Made by a program: the position numbers and the translations under genes. From the IMG/VR virus record IMGVR_UViG_3300033485_000051, positions 1-35,274 of that record: a stretch of 35,274 nt of DNA; one strand, given 5' to 3'. Numbering within the stretch: the first letter of the stretch is position 1; the number at the start of each line of letters is the position of its first letter. The notes beneath the pieces were generated by a model. That model worked only from the letters and a program-made list of their open reading frames with translations, was not told the origin of the DNA and made no database searches. Shown piece after piece: positions 27,711 through 35,274 of this stretch. This DNA comes from a virus (lineage: Duplodnaviria; Caudoviricetes).

Positions 27711-27815
27711 ATGAGCCAAATGCAGAAGACAATTGTGAGGACTTTATACTCACTACATGATATGAGAATAAGAGACATTGTAAGACTTGTTAAAAATAGT
27801 CATACAATCAAATAG
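27711..27815 (+). CDS. 34-aa microprotein, family member 3
   Basis: MSQMQKTIVRTLYSLHDMRIRDIVRLVKNSHTIK; AAGGG SD. Confidence 0.65.
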   Translation: MSQMQKTIVRTLYSLHDMRIRDIVRLVKNSHTIK

Positions 27816-27823
27816 GGGATATT

Positions 27824-28000
27824 ATGGAAGGTTACAAAAGAAATATCCTCATAGCTCATTCAAGAGGATTGGAAATAGAGTATGGATTTGTTTGTGCAAT
27901 AACCAATCCAAGTATGTGTCATTGGTTCAATCTACCAAAAGACCATGAGTTTGATTTTACAAGGTTTGTATATCAAATAGCAATAAAGGAAATAAGATGA
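27824..28000 (+). CDS. 58-aa hypothetical protein
   Basis: MEGYKRNILIAHSRGLEIEY...W...FDFTRFVYQI; AGGGG SD; ATGA overlap. Confidence 0.65.
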   Translation: MEGYKRNILIAHSRGLEIEYGFVCAITNPSMCHWFNLPKDHEFDFTRFVYQIAIKEIR

Positions 28001-28401
28001 AAGTATATACAGCCGAAGAACTAAAAGAAATTTTAACTCTTCATAAAAAGTGGTTAAATGATGAAGAGGATGGAGAAAGAGCTGACCTACGCTCTGCTGA
28101 CCTACGCTCTGCTGACCTACGCTCTGCTGACCTACGCTCTGCTGACCTACGCTATGCTGTGGGTGAAATGCGCTTTATTAAATCACTTCAATGTGAAAAA
28201 TATTTAATCACATACACATACAACTTTTTAAATATCGGTTGTCAATCACATTTAATTGAAGATTGGAAAAACTTTGATGATGATAAAATTAAAGATATGG
28301 ATGGCGGGGCATTAGAATGGTGGGCTAAATGGAAGCCTATTATTATGCAAATTATTGAAATGTCACCCGCTGAACAATACGAAATTAAGGAAACAAGATG
28401 A
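27997..28401 (+). CDS. Pentapeptide-repeat protein
   Basis: ELKEILTLHKKWL, (ADLRS)x4-ADLRY, IGCQSH..EDW and ALEWW. Confidence 0.92.
   Translation: MKVYTAEELKEILTLHKKWLNDEEDGERADLRSADLRSADLRSADLRSADLRYAVGEMRFIKSLQCEKYLITYTYNFLNIGCQSHLIEDWKNFDDDKIKDMDGGALEWWAKWKPIIMQIIEMSPAEQYEIKETR
28081..28155 (+). repeat. 15-bp tandem repeat x5
   Basis: gctgacctacgctct x4 plus gctgacctacgctat. Confidence 0.95.
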
Positions 28402-28493
28402 GTTCTGCTCAAAAGATGGTTATTAGTGCGACCATTAAACTATATAACTGTGATGTTCGTCATGCCATAAAAATAGTTAAGGGGTTAGTATGA
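28398..28493 (+). CDS. 31-aa microprotein, family member 4
   Basis: MSSAQKMVISATIKLYNCDVRHAIKIVKGLV; AAGGA SD; ATGA overlaps at both ends. Confidence 0.7.
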   Translation: MSSAQKMVISATIKLYNCDVRHAIKIVKGLV

Positions 28494-28837
28494 CACGAAA
28501 TGAAGCAAAGGAATATATTGACAACACATTTACTTTTTTAGCAATAAGTGATGCATATTCTACTATTGATCAAATCTATGATGATTTTGATTCACTGCTT
28601 TCAAAACTTGGAATGGATAGAGTATTACTTGAACAACGTATCGTAGAGTTAGAGAACAAAACTACACCATTCCTGACAATAATTGAGAATCAAGCACTAA
28701 GAGAGCGCATCAAAGAACTAGAATCACCTAAGACTTGTAATGGTTGTAAATATGACTCTTATGATTGGTTGACTGAGTGTAATAATTGTATTAGGAAAGC
28801 TTACGGAGACTGCTACGAACCAAAGGATAACTTATGA
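28490..28837 (+). CDS. Coiled-coil protein with a C-terminal Cys cluster
   Basis: IDQIYDDF...CNGCKY...CNNC. Confidence 0.7.
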   Translation: MTRNEAKEYIDNTFTFLAISDAYSTIDQIYDDFDSLLSKLGMDRVLLEQRIVELENKTTPFLTIIENQALRERIKELESPKTCNGCKYDSYDWLTECNNCIRKAYGDCYEPKDNL

Positions 28838-29055
28838 AACAAAATATAATCGTAGCGGTACTTTTCTTTTCAATAGTTGCCAATATCTTTTGCTTATCAG
28901 TAATAGCTATGCAAGATAATGATATTACAAACCTTGAAAAACATCAGGTAGTAGAATCGTCTGAGTGTGTTAATGGGGTAGAATATAAAACATTCAGCTT
29001 TAAGGACTTAGTTGTGTATGAACCTAAATATACTTCATGTAAGGATAGAAAATGA
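28834..29055 (+). CDS. Small membrane-anchored protein
   Basis: N-terminal TM segment, then CVNGVEY...C. Confidence 0.65.
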   Translation: MKQNIIVAVLFFSIVANIFCLSVIAMQDNDITNLEKHQVVESSECVNGVEYKTFSFKDLVVYEPKYTSCKDRK

Positions 29056-29357
29056 GCCTAAGTAAAGAAGATCGAGAAGAGTTTGCACGAGATAGTGAGA
29101 TTGCACCATTTAACCCTTATAATTTTCAGGTGCGAAATAAAGAGGATAGAGGAGATGGTGGAGCAACGCACTATTACGAGCTACCACAAGGAGCGACAGA
29201 GCTTCGGCATATCATTAAGCATAAAAATATGGAACACGGTATAGGGGAGGCATTTTGTGCTTTGTACCGCCTAAATGATAATGGAGAGCGATTGCGTAAT
29301 CTAAAAAAAGCTTTGTTTTATATACAATGCGAAATTGAATTTGAGGAGAACACATGA
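29052..29357 (+). CDS. DUF3310/SaV-like protein
   Basis: DGGATHYYELP...GEAFCALYR...NLKKALFY. Confidence 0.7.
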   Translation: MSLSKEDREEFARDSEIAPFNPYNFQVRNKEDRGDGGATHYYELPQGATELRHIIKHKNMEHGIGEAFCALYRLNDNGERLRNLKKALFYIQCEIEFEENT

Positions 29358-29557
29358 ACCCACAATATAATCAATATCTTAAAGATATGAAACGCTTAAA
29401 AGCATCTCTTCCATACATGAGAGAGAAAGATTTTTGTGAGGCACATGGATTACAATATGGCGAAGAAGAAACGCAAATTTTTATTGCTAGAAAATCGTCA
29501 AGCGCAAAAGAGATAGAGCCAACTTTATCATCATACGTTAATTTAAAAGTAAAATAA
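29354..29557 (+). CDS. Hypothetical protein
   Basis: 67 aa; GAGGAG SD; coupled. Confidence 0.65.
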   Translation: MNPQYNQYLKDMKRLKASLPYMREKDFCEAHGLQYGEEETQIFIARKSSSAKEIEPTLSSYVNLKVK

Positions 29558-30006
29558 TGGGTAAATTTATAAGACTAGATGAGGCATCATACTTTTTGAA
29601 CACAAGCACCTCAACCATGATGGTAACAGCTTGTAAGCTTAAAAAAGCTAATGGGGAATATCCATGCTGGTATAAGAGCGATGGAAAAGTAGGAGCTAGA
29701 AAATCATACATTGACATTGATTATATTTTAGGCATGAGAGAAAGAGAGCTTGAATTGTATAATTTATCGTGCGATTTATTTTATTTTATCATAGAAGAAA
29801 TGAATATTAAACAATCACGCCTAGCCGTAATATTATCCAATAGTTCAGAGGTCTACAATAAACCTATGTCATGGAATAGCTTTTTGCAAGTAACTTTATT
29901 TTGTGAGCCTATGATGAAATTTAACGAAAGAGTTACTAGATTACAAGAATTTTATAGGATAGTAAGTAAAATGAAAGAAGAGTTTTTATGCAAAAAAGAA
30001 ATTTAA
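29557..30006 (+). CDS. Putative DNA-binding protein, paralog A
   Basis: HTH-like N-terminus, YPCWY and SWNSFL...LF; aligns with the next gene. Confidence 0.65.
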   Translation: MGKFIRLDEASYFLNTSTSTMMVTACKLKKANGEYPCWYKSDGKVGARKSYIDIDYILGMRERELELYNLSCDLFYFIIEEMNIKQSRLAVILSNSSEVYNKPMSWNSFLQVTLFCEPMMKFNERVTRLQEFYRIVSKMKEEFLCKKEI

Positions 30007-30455
30007 TCAGCATGGAAGATGCGCTATCACGGTATAGCCTCGTTGAGGATAGCCTATATAGCACTGTAAGCCTATTTAAGAAGAAATACGGATATTTACC
30101 TAAGTGGTATATCCAAGATGAATTTGATAGCGTTATGATTGATACAATCGAATATGAAAGGCTTGCTAATATTGAAAAACGAGCATGGCTTCAAAATACG
30201 AATGACATTTATTTTATTTTAACATACGATTTTAAATTGACCGATACGCAAATTGCTAGATTTTTAACACGTCATTCTAAAAAGTTTACTAATTTCGCTT
30301 CATGGTCTAGCTTCATAAGTAAGGCTTTGTTTTCTTTGCCTAGAGAATCGGTAATACAAAAGAAGTTTAGTATGAACCTTGAATTTTTAGTTACTGGTAC
30401 ATATTTAATAAAAATCTTATTGCAAGAAGAACATAGTAATGCTTATAACTTCTAA
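29988..30455 (+). CDS. Putative DNA-binding protein, paralog B
   Basis: LPKWY and SWSSFI...LF; aligns with the previous gene. Confidence 0.65.
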   Translation: MQKRNLISMEDALSRYSLVEDSLYSTVSLFKKKYGYLPKWYIQDEFDSVMIDTIEYERLANIEKRAWLQNTNDIYFILTYDFKLTDTQIARFLTRHSKKFTNFASWSSFISKALFSLPRESVIQKKFSMNLEFLVTGTYLIKILLQEEHSNAYNF

Positions 30456-30693
30456 ACAGATTAAAAATGATTTAGAATTTCGTTATAGTTGGATAAGTGC
30501 AAGGCTAAACAGTATGGCCGAGGAGGCTATGTATAACGGTTCAACTGCGTATCGTGTGGATAATTTAATAAATGGAATACAAAAATATACTTGCAATTGT
30601 CGTAATCCGAAACAAAAAATAGCATCAGAAAAAATGATGACTATTCTATTAGTGTATTTAAAAGAGTTATTGGTTGTCAACACCATGAAGTAA
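30439..30693 (+). CDS. Hypothetical protein
   Basis: 84 aa; last rightward gene, overlapping the convergent holin-like gene. Confidence 0.55.
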   Translation: MLITSKQIKNDLEFRYSWISARLNSMAEEAMYNGSTAYRVDNLINGIQKYTCNCRNPKQKIASEKMMTILLVYLKELLVVNTMK

Positions 30694-30900
30694 ATCAGTC
30701 TTTTTTTCGCTACCTGATGAACTACCAAAAAAGAAGTTTAAAATAGTAGCCACAACCGTTCCAAGTAAAAACCCTATAATAGTATCGGCAAAGCGTAAGT
30801 TATGGGCAGGAATAGGCAAGAACGTAATGCACATAATATATATAAACGAAAAAATACTCCAACCTATTGCAAGATAGTATTTAAATTTCTTAGCATCCAT
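30667..30900 (-). CDS. Holin-like two-TM protein
   Basis: Two TM segments and FFFGSSSGSEKK; coupled to DUF5675. Confidence 0.75.
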   Translation of the reverse strand: MDAKKFKYYLAIGWSIFSFIYIMCITFLPIPAHNLRFADTIIGFLLGTVVATILNFFFGSSSGSEKKTDLLHGVDNQ

Positions 30901-31304
30901 TATGCGATCTCAATAGTGACTTTTTCTTTTATCGCTAAAGCGTGTTCAATTTTAGGATAAAGGCGTGATACTGCGACCTTAGATGATCCCACGAAATCAT
31001 CGTCCATCGAATCGTTTAATGCTCCTACAATAATACATCCTTCGGTATCTCCTGAGTTATTACCAGCATGAATACGTACCCCTGTAAAGTTTGGCACATT
31101 TTCAAGCAATGGCATTACTTTGCCAAATCGTGTACTCATCGTCATTATTACATTATAAGTACCCTTTGGAATAGCTGTCTTATTTTGTATCTTAATGGCA
31201 CGTACAGCGTCCTCAACAGTAAAGCACTCAAACTCTCCATCTATGTATAAACGCCCCTCTGTAAACTTACTGTTACCCATTTTTCTTACAAGTTTAATGT
31301 GCAT
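30900..31304 (-). CDS. DUF5675 family putative endolysin (L,D-transpeptidase-like)
   Basis: TAIPKGTY, VPNFTGVRIHAGN and DTEGCIIVG. Confidence 0.88.
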   Translation of the reverse strand: MHIKLVRKMGNSKFTEGRLYIDGEFECFTVEDAVRAIKIQNKTAIPKGTYNVIMTMSTRFGKVMPLLENVPNFTGVRIHAGNNSGDTEGCIIVGALNDSMDDDFVGSSKVAVSRLYPKIEHALAIKEKVTIEIA

Positions 31305-31353
31305 TTTTACCCCTTTATAACTTAATAAGCCTCACCTAAATGAAGCCTATAAA

Positions 31354-31401
31354 TTATTTCTTTGGTCGTACACTTCCTCCGTTACTTCTTCCTTGTGCCA
31401 T
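31354..31401 (-). CDS. 15-aa basic micro-ORF
   Basis: MAQGRSNGGSVRPKK with an AAGGAGGT SD; followed by the hairpin AGGCTTCA/TGAGGCTT. Confidence 0.5.
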   Translation of the reverse strand: MAQGRSNGGSVRPKK

Positions 31402-31657
31402 TGTCAACCTCCTTTGTAAGATAAAATATCAATCCTATTGTAAATATACATTGGTCAAGTATAGAAATAATCTCATAATAATACAAATCAATGTCTAAAA
31501 AGAAGCAATACAAAAACCATGTTTGAATTGCAAGATATATAATTGATACTAAAATCATAAATTTATATTTCTTTATACTTTCCATTAGCGCTATTACCGC
31601 CCATAGCTTTACCCCAAAAAGAACTAAGTGCGTTGTTAATAACATAGATGAAATCAT
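31382..31657 (-). CDS. Three-TM membrane protein (holin/antiholin candidate)
   Basis: Three hydrophobic segments and a basic C-terminus, within the lysis cassette. Confidence 0.6.
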   Translation of the reverse strand: MISSMLLTTHLVLFGVKLWAVIALMESIKKYKFMILVSIIYLAIQTWFLYCFFLDIDLYYYEIISILDQCIFTIGLIFYLTKEVDNGTRKK

Positions 31658-32028
31658 AATTGTTTTTCTCTACTCTGTAATACAGCTACTTGCATTTTTA
31701 AATCAATGATTGTATTTGATAACCATAGGATAGAAGCTACAATAATAGAGCCTGATATAGCCCAAAAAGCCTTAACCATCATTCCTACTCCTTGCGCCTT
31801 TCCGTTAATAGTGGCAAAAGTTTCATTAAGAGAATTTATAGCAGTAGTAAGTTTTTCTATTTGCTCATCTGTTTTATTGGCCGCTTCTCTTTCATGTATT
31901 CTATGCGCTTCTATTGTAGCCATGCTTTCACTTAGTTTTTGAACTTTATCCGATAACCCTCTAGTGGCACCGATATTTTGGCTAATCAATGTTTCTAGTC
32001 TTTTAATTTCGGATAAAGTATCACTCAT
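31654..32028 (-). CDS. Coiled-coil plus TM protein (holin-associated)
   Basis: Coiled coil followed by a single TM segment; first gene after a promoter. Confidence 0.65.
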   Translation of the reverse strand: MSDTLSEIKRLETLISQNIGATRGLSDKVQKLSESMATIEAHRIHEREAANKTDEQIEKLTTAINSLNETFATINGKAQGVGMMVKAFWAISGSIIVASILWLSNTIIDLKMQVAVLQSREKQL

Positions 32029-32053
32029 TATATGCCTTGCTTTTTATTAATTT

Positions 32054-32062
32054 ATTATAGCA
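32054..32062 (-). promoter_or_regulatory. Extended -10 promoter for the lysis cassette
   Basis: TGcTATAAT about 25 nt upstream of ATG 32028. Confidence 0.5.
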
Positions 32063-32063
32063 T

Positions 32064-32144
32064 TTATTTTGGTGATAAAACTATTCGCATTAGTATCATC
32101 GCTAAAAAAGCAACGCCTACGATTAGGTCTATGTTGGTAGTCAT
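32064..32144 (-). CDS. 26-aa TM peptide
   Basis: MTTNIDLIVGVAFLAMILMRIVLSPK; ATGA overlap with DUF1353. Confidence 0.45.
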   Translation of the reverse strand: MTTNIDLIVGVAFLAMILMRIVLSPK

Positions 32145-32530
32145 AACCATTCTACGCCTACAAACTCACGAGCGTCAGCAATACTATCACTTCCAAAATG
32201 TGCCTCACCGCCAAAGCGCACCCCTAGATACATTTCTTTAGCAATCATTAGAGATACCCCACGAGCCTTCAGAGCCTTATAGAAGTATTTGTCACACTCT
32301 TTACGGTTAAATATCTTTGAGGCGTAAAGAGCGTCATGTAAGCAACTCTCATAGGCGTAATCCATTGGACAGCCTATAACACTCCAAAGGCTACGAGGGA
32401 TACTAGCCCCATCATAGATAAAACCTTTTTGTACGGTTATTAATATCTTTCCATCTTTAAACCCAAGCGGAGATAATAATTGGAACTTACCCCCTTTTAA
32501 TGCTTCGATTCTAAGAGGAGAGATAAACAT
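32141..32530 (-). CDS. DUF1353 family protein
   Basis: GFIYDGASIPR...LHDALY...MYLGVRFGG. Confidence 0.9.
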   Translation of the reverse strand: MFISPLRIEALKGGKFQLLSPLGFKDGKILITVQKGFIYDGASIPRSLWSVIGCPMDYAYESCLHDALYASKIFNRKECDKYFYKALKARGVSLMIAKEMYLGVRFGGEAHFGSDSIADAREFVGVEWL

Positions 32531-32931
32531 TACTGTGCGCTTGCCAATAAGAATAACGCATCAATTTCTGCATCTGTTTTTCCAAGTGCAGTAGCCATTG
32601 TAATAAAGCTAGGCCAATCTCTTCGGAATGTTAAGCGGTTTTTATAGTCATTAATTAGCAATTTATCCCCACTATTCATTACAGCATTATCAACTATTAT
32701 ATCTAAGTTACTAATAATAAGTGCAGCAAAAAACTGCGCTCTTGATACTTCTTTAGGCTTTAAAGCATCAGCAATAGCATCTAATTCAGCTTGTGTATAT
32801 TTTGGTATTACTTCTTTACCATCATTTACCCATTCTATAACCTGAGCATAATCTGCATCAGTCGGTAATATAGTAATTAACCCATTCACCAAATACCCTA
32901 AATCTAAAGCTCTTACGTTTAAAATTTCCAT
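32530..32931 (-). CDS. Tail fiber-associated/chaperone protein
   Basis: VSRAQF...ALGKTDAEIDALF, typical of genes that follow fibers. Confidence 0.7.
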   Translation of the reverse strand: MEILNVRALDLGYLVNGLITILPTDADYAQVIEWVNDGKEVIPKYTQAELDAIADALKPKEVSRAQFFAALIISNLDIIVDNAVMNSGDKLLINDYKNRLTFRRDWPSFITMATALGKTDAEIDALFLLASAQ

Positions 32932-32940
32932 TGTTTCCCC

Positions 32941-33888
32941 TTATTGTGCTATTTCTGTAATTGTAATTGAAGATAATAGTGTTCCTCCAAAAGCCGCTAA
33001 CCCACCTAACCCATTAAAGGTTGTAGTACCTGCTGTACTAGCTCCAGATCTTACGTAAAATGTAGTTAAGCTCGTTGCCACTGCTGGAACGTGAACAGTC
33101 ATACTGAGCTGTCTTGGTGTATTTGAAGAGGCATTATATTCATCAGTAGTTGCTATTGCGCCCGCTGTGGCATCTCTAAATAATGCCGCAATTTGGTAAG
33201 CAATAACAGATGAAGACCAAACCCCAGCAATATCAATTCTTAAAATACTATTTGCTTTTTTTGGTGTAAAAGCAAGAGTCATATATAAATCACCCTCTGT
33301 GATTTGTGGGATTGTATTATCTTGCGGAATCGTAGTTGTTCCAGTTGCAAGAGTTCCAGTTTGAAAATATGCTTCTTGTATAACGGTTCCTGCTGGCATA
33401 TCAGAAAACAACAACACACCAATAGGTCTATATAGTGTGTCAAAATATGTTTTTAGCGTTGCCTTAACATTAAGCCACGAAAGCTTTTTAAGCACATTTA
33501 ACGCGGCACTATCTACTATTCCAAATAAATCACCATCAACTGGAGTGGTCTTTGCAGTAGCTGAATTAATATCAGAAGCAAGTTTTGCGCTAAATTGCCC
33601 AAATGTTAAAGGCTGAAATGCGGTGGTAGCATCTGGTACAGTAGGGCTAGATGTAAATGTTTTAACATCTGCTATTGTTTCAGCTCCTGACTTATGAACT
33701 ACATCATTAGCAACCCATTCCTGCCAATAAACAGTACCGCCAAGAATAGGGGTCTGCCCCGTATTAGCTTGTAACGCTGCGTATGTTCCTCCAAGATATG
33801 TGACCGTATCATTAATTTTATACGTAGTACTAATAAGCCATGTTCCTTTAGTTACAAAACCGACCCGACCTAGATTTAATGTTGGCAT
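32941..33888 (-). CDS. Tail fiber / receptor-binding protein
   Basis: NLGRV, a CBM5/12-like W..STTY..NDTVTY.G..Y repeat, VVHKSGAETIADVKTFTSSP and a C-terminal GTVIQ...SITITEIA domain. Confidence 0.8.
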   Translation of the reverse strand: MPTLNLGRVGFVTKGTWLISTTYKINDTVTYLGGTYAALQANTGQTPILGGTVYWQEWVANDVVHKSGAETIADVKTFTSSPTVPDATTAFQPLTFGQFSAKLASDINSATAKTTPVDGDLFGIVDSAALNVLKKLSWLNVKATLKTYFDTLYRPIGVLLFSDMPAGTVIQEAYFQTGTLATGTTTIPQDNTIPQITEGDLYMTLAFTPKKANSILRIDIAGVWSSSVIAYQIAALFRDATAGAIATTDEYNASSNTPRQLSMTVHVPAVATSLTTFYVRSGASTAGTTTFNGLGGLAAFGGTLLSSITITEIAQ

Positions 33889-33897
33889 TTTTACCCC

Positions 33898-34503
33898 TTA
33901 GTATGTAATTATAAATTCCCCATCAACAAGTGATGGAAGTGAAGTTGCGCCGCTAGTATAAGATACTATTAGATCACCATCTGATAAAGAAAAATTAGCC
34001 CATTCCATATTTGCATAAGCAGCAGATATTAGAGAAGAGCTTAAAGCTGAGTTAGCAGATGATAAAGCACTTGAAGCAGATAGCGATGCACTTGACGCTG
34101 CGGTAGAAGCTGTTAATGCTGAGGCAGCTGCATTTGCTGCGTCAATGGCTACTTGTTGCGATACTGGTCCAACAGTTACATCATCCAAAACATAATCAGA
34201 CGATAGGCGTGAGTAGATTAATACCCAATTTTTATCTTTAACCGTGATTGAATATGCACCGCTTGTAAAATCTGTATAAATTCTAGAAGGTGACCCATTT
34301 CTAATAGGATACCCAGAAGATGTGCGAATAGGTTGCAACGCTGGTTGAGTTAGCTCATTATCCCAATATACAGTTCTTGGATTTGTTTCTGGGTTAAGGT
34401 TATTAATGCCAATATAGACATAACCATCTTCAAGTGGTAGCCCATCTGAACCATAAAACGACAATATTGGCTGGCTGATTGTTTGATAACCTGCTGTTGG
34501 CAT
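33898..34503 (-). CDS. Tailspike head-binding-domain adaptor
   Basis: DGLPLEDGYVYIG..NLNPETNP..VYWD...QPIRT (P22 tailspike head-binding type), an A/S coil and a short C-terminus. Confidence 0.82.
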   Translation of the reverse strand: MPTAGYQTISQPILSFYGSDGLPLEDGYVYIGINNLNPETNPRTVYWDNELTQPALQPIRTSSGYPIRNGSPSRIYTDFTSGAYSITVKDKNWVLIYSRLSSDYVLDDVTVGPVSQQVAIDAANAAASALTASTAASSASLSASSALSSANSALSSSLISAAYANMEWANFSLSDGDLIVSYTSGATSLPSLVDGEFIITY

Positions 34504-35274
34504 TATTTAACCTCCTTCTTGCTAGTGTCTAATTTTTTAAGATTTTCCGCAACTCTTGCTTTTATATTCTTTTCTTTTATATTATTAAGCAGTAATCTTA
34601 AACTACTCATAATAGGCGCAGGCATCCCGATTGTTCCAGATACTGCCATGTCCATAGCCGCTAGTATTGTTGCGGCTGTGTTGCTATAATTCACCGAGTT
34701 TGGTGGTGATGTAAAAGCATCCTTTGCAACATCATTTAAGATTCGTACTTGCTCTGCACCTTTTTGACCTAATACTAAATCAAGCTTCTTATTTTTATCA
34801 AGAGCTTTTACAACTCTATCTAATTGTGCTGGTGATATTATAGCATTTCCAGCCTCATCCCTTGAGATACCTTTAGTCGCTTCGTCTTTTATGTATCGTA
34901 CCGTTGCGCCCTTTAGTTCATTCCAAGCCTGTACTCCTTCTCCACCGCCTTTTTGCAACAATGTTTTTAAGCGTGTAGCATCTTCTAATGAACTATTTAG
35001 GATTGCTTTACTAAATACATTTTCAGCAGCAATAGCCCGATCATCAGAACCTTTTTTAAGCCCTATTATATTTTTAACAAGGCTTGTGTTTTGGTAGTCT
35101 TTTGCTAGTTGCGCTCTAGCTTGTCTAGCTTTTTGGTATAAAGCTCCTCCGACTCCATCTGTTCCTTCATCAATAGCACCTTTCATAATAGCAGATTGTC
35201 GGATATTAGTTGGCTCAAAGTTTGTGGCATCATTTATTGATCTTCTTAATAATCCTACTGTTTTAAGTGGGACT
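34503..35274 (-). CDS. C-terminal part of the large ejection protein that starts at 1272
   Basis: Open in frame through the terminal repeat; the M at 35186 is internal. Confidence 0.85.
   Translation of the reverse strand, partial: VPLKTVGLLRRSINDATNFEPTNIRQSAIMKGAIDEGTDGVGGALYQKARQARAQLAKDYQNTSLVKNIIGLKKGSDDRAIAAENVFSKAILNSSLEDATRLKTLLQKGGGEGVQAWNELKGATVRYIKDEATKGISRDEAGNAIISPAQLDRVVKALDKNKKLDLVLGQKGAEQVRILNDVAKDAFTSPPNSVNYSNTAATILAAMDMAVSGTIGMPAPIMSSLRLLLNNIKEKNIKARVAENLKKLDTSKKEVK
35148..35274. repeat. 127-bp terminal direct repeat, copy 2
   Basis: Identical to 1-127. Confidence 0.95.

Noticed and set aside
28081-28155. CRISPR array
   Set aside because: Head-to-tail 15-bp repeats with no spacers, in frame within a pentapeptide-repeat gene.
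32941-33888. Diversity-generating retroelement or invertible fiber cassette
   Set aside because: No reverse transcriptase or invertase, and I noticed no duplicated template of the fiber C-terminus.

Overview
The window is almost certainly a complete, circularly assembled ~35.1-kb phage genome: bases 1-127 are repeated exactly at 35148-35274, which fits an assembler k-mer overlap. It has a P22-like podovirus virion module (TerS, TerL, portal, scaffold, P22-type coat, gp4/gp10/needle-like tail, GNAT, three ejection proteins of which the largest spans the contig junction, and a head-binding adaptor plus fiber) and a DUF5675 lysis cassette. Replication and recombination genes are lambdoid-like: an initiator with internal iterons, a DnaB-like helicase split into two genes, Sak3, Gp157, NinB-like, SSB, NinG and YopX. 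I see no integrase, CI repressor, tRNA or CRISPR array. Low GC and TTAAGC..TATAAT promoters suggest a Campylobacterota host (inference). Best leads: (1) an HNH-AP2 cassette with a perfect promoter that appears to have inserted at motif I of a C5 methylase, leaving the dead original 5' end behind and supplying a new one; (2) single in-frame TAA codons in two otherwise intact genes plus a motif I D->Y change in the second methylase; (3) an unannotated family of four related microproteins (three of 31-34 aa, one of 53 aa) in the early region; (4) a pseudoknot-capable leader on the replication initiator and two more structured promoter-proximal leaders sharing an AUACGG loop. All product calls come from motif recognition by eye; no database searches were run.
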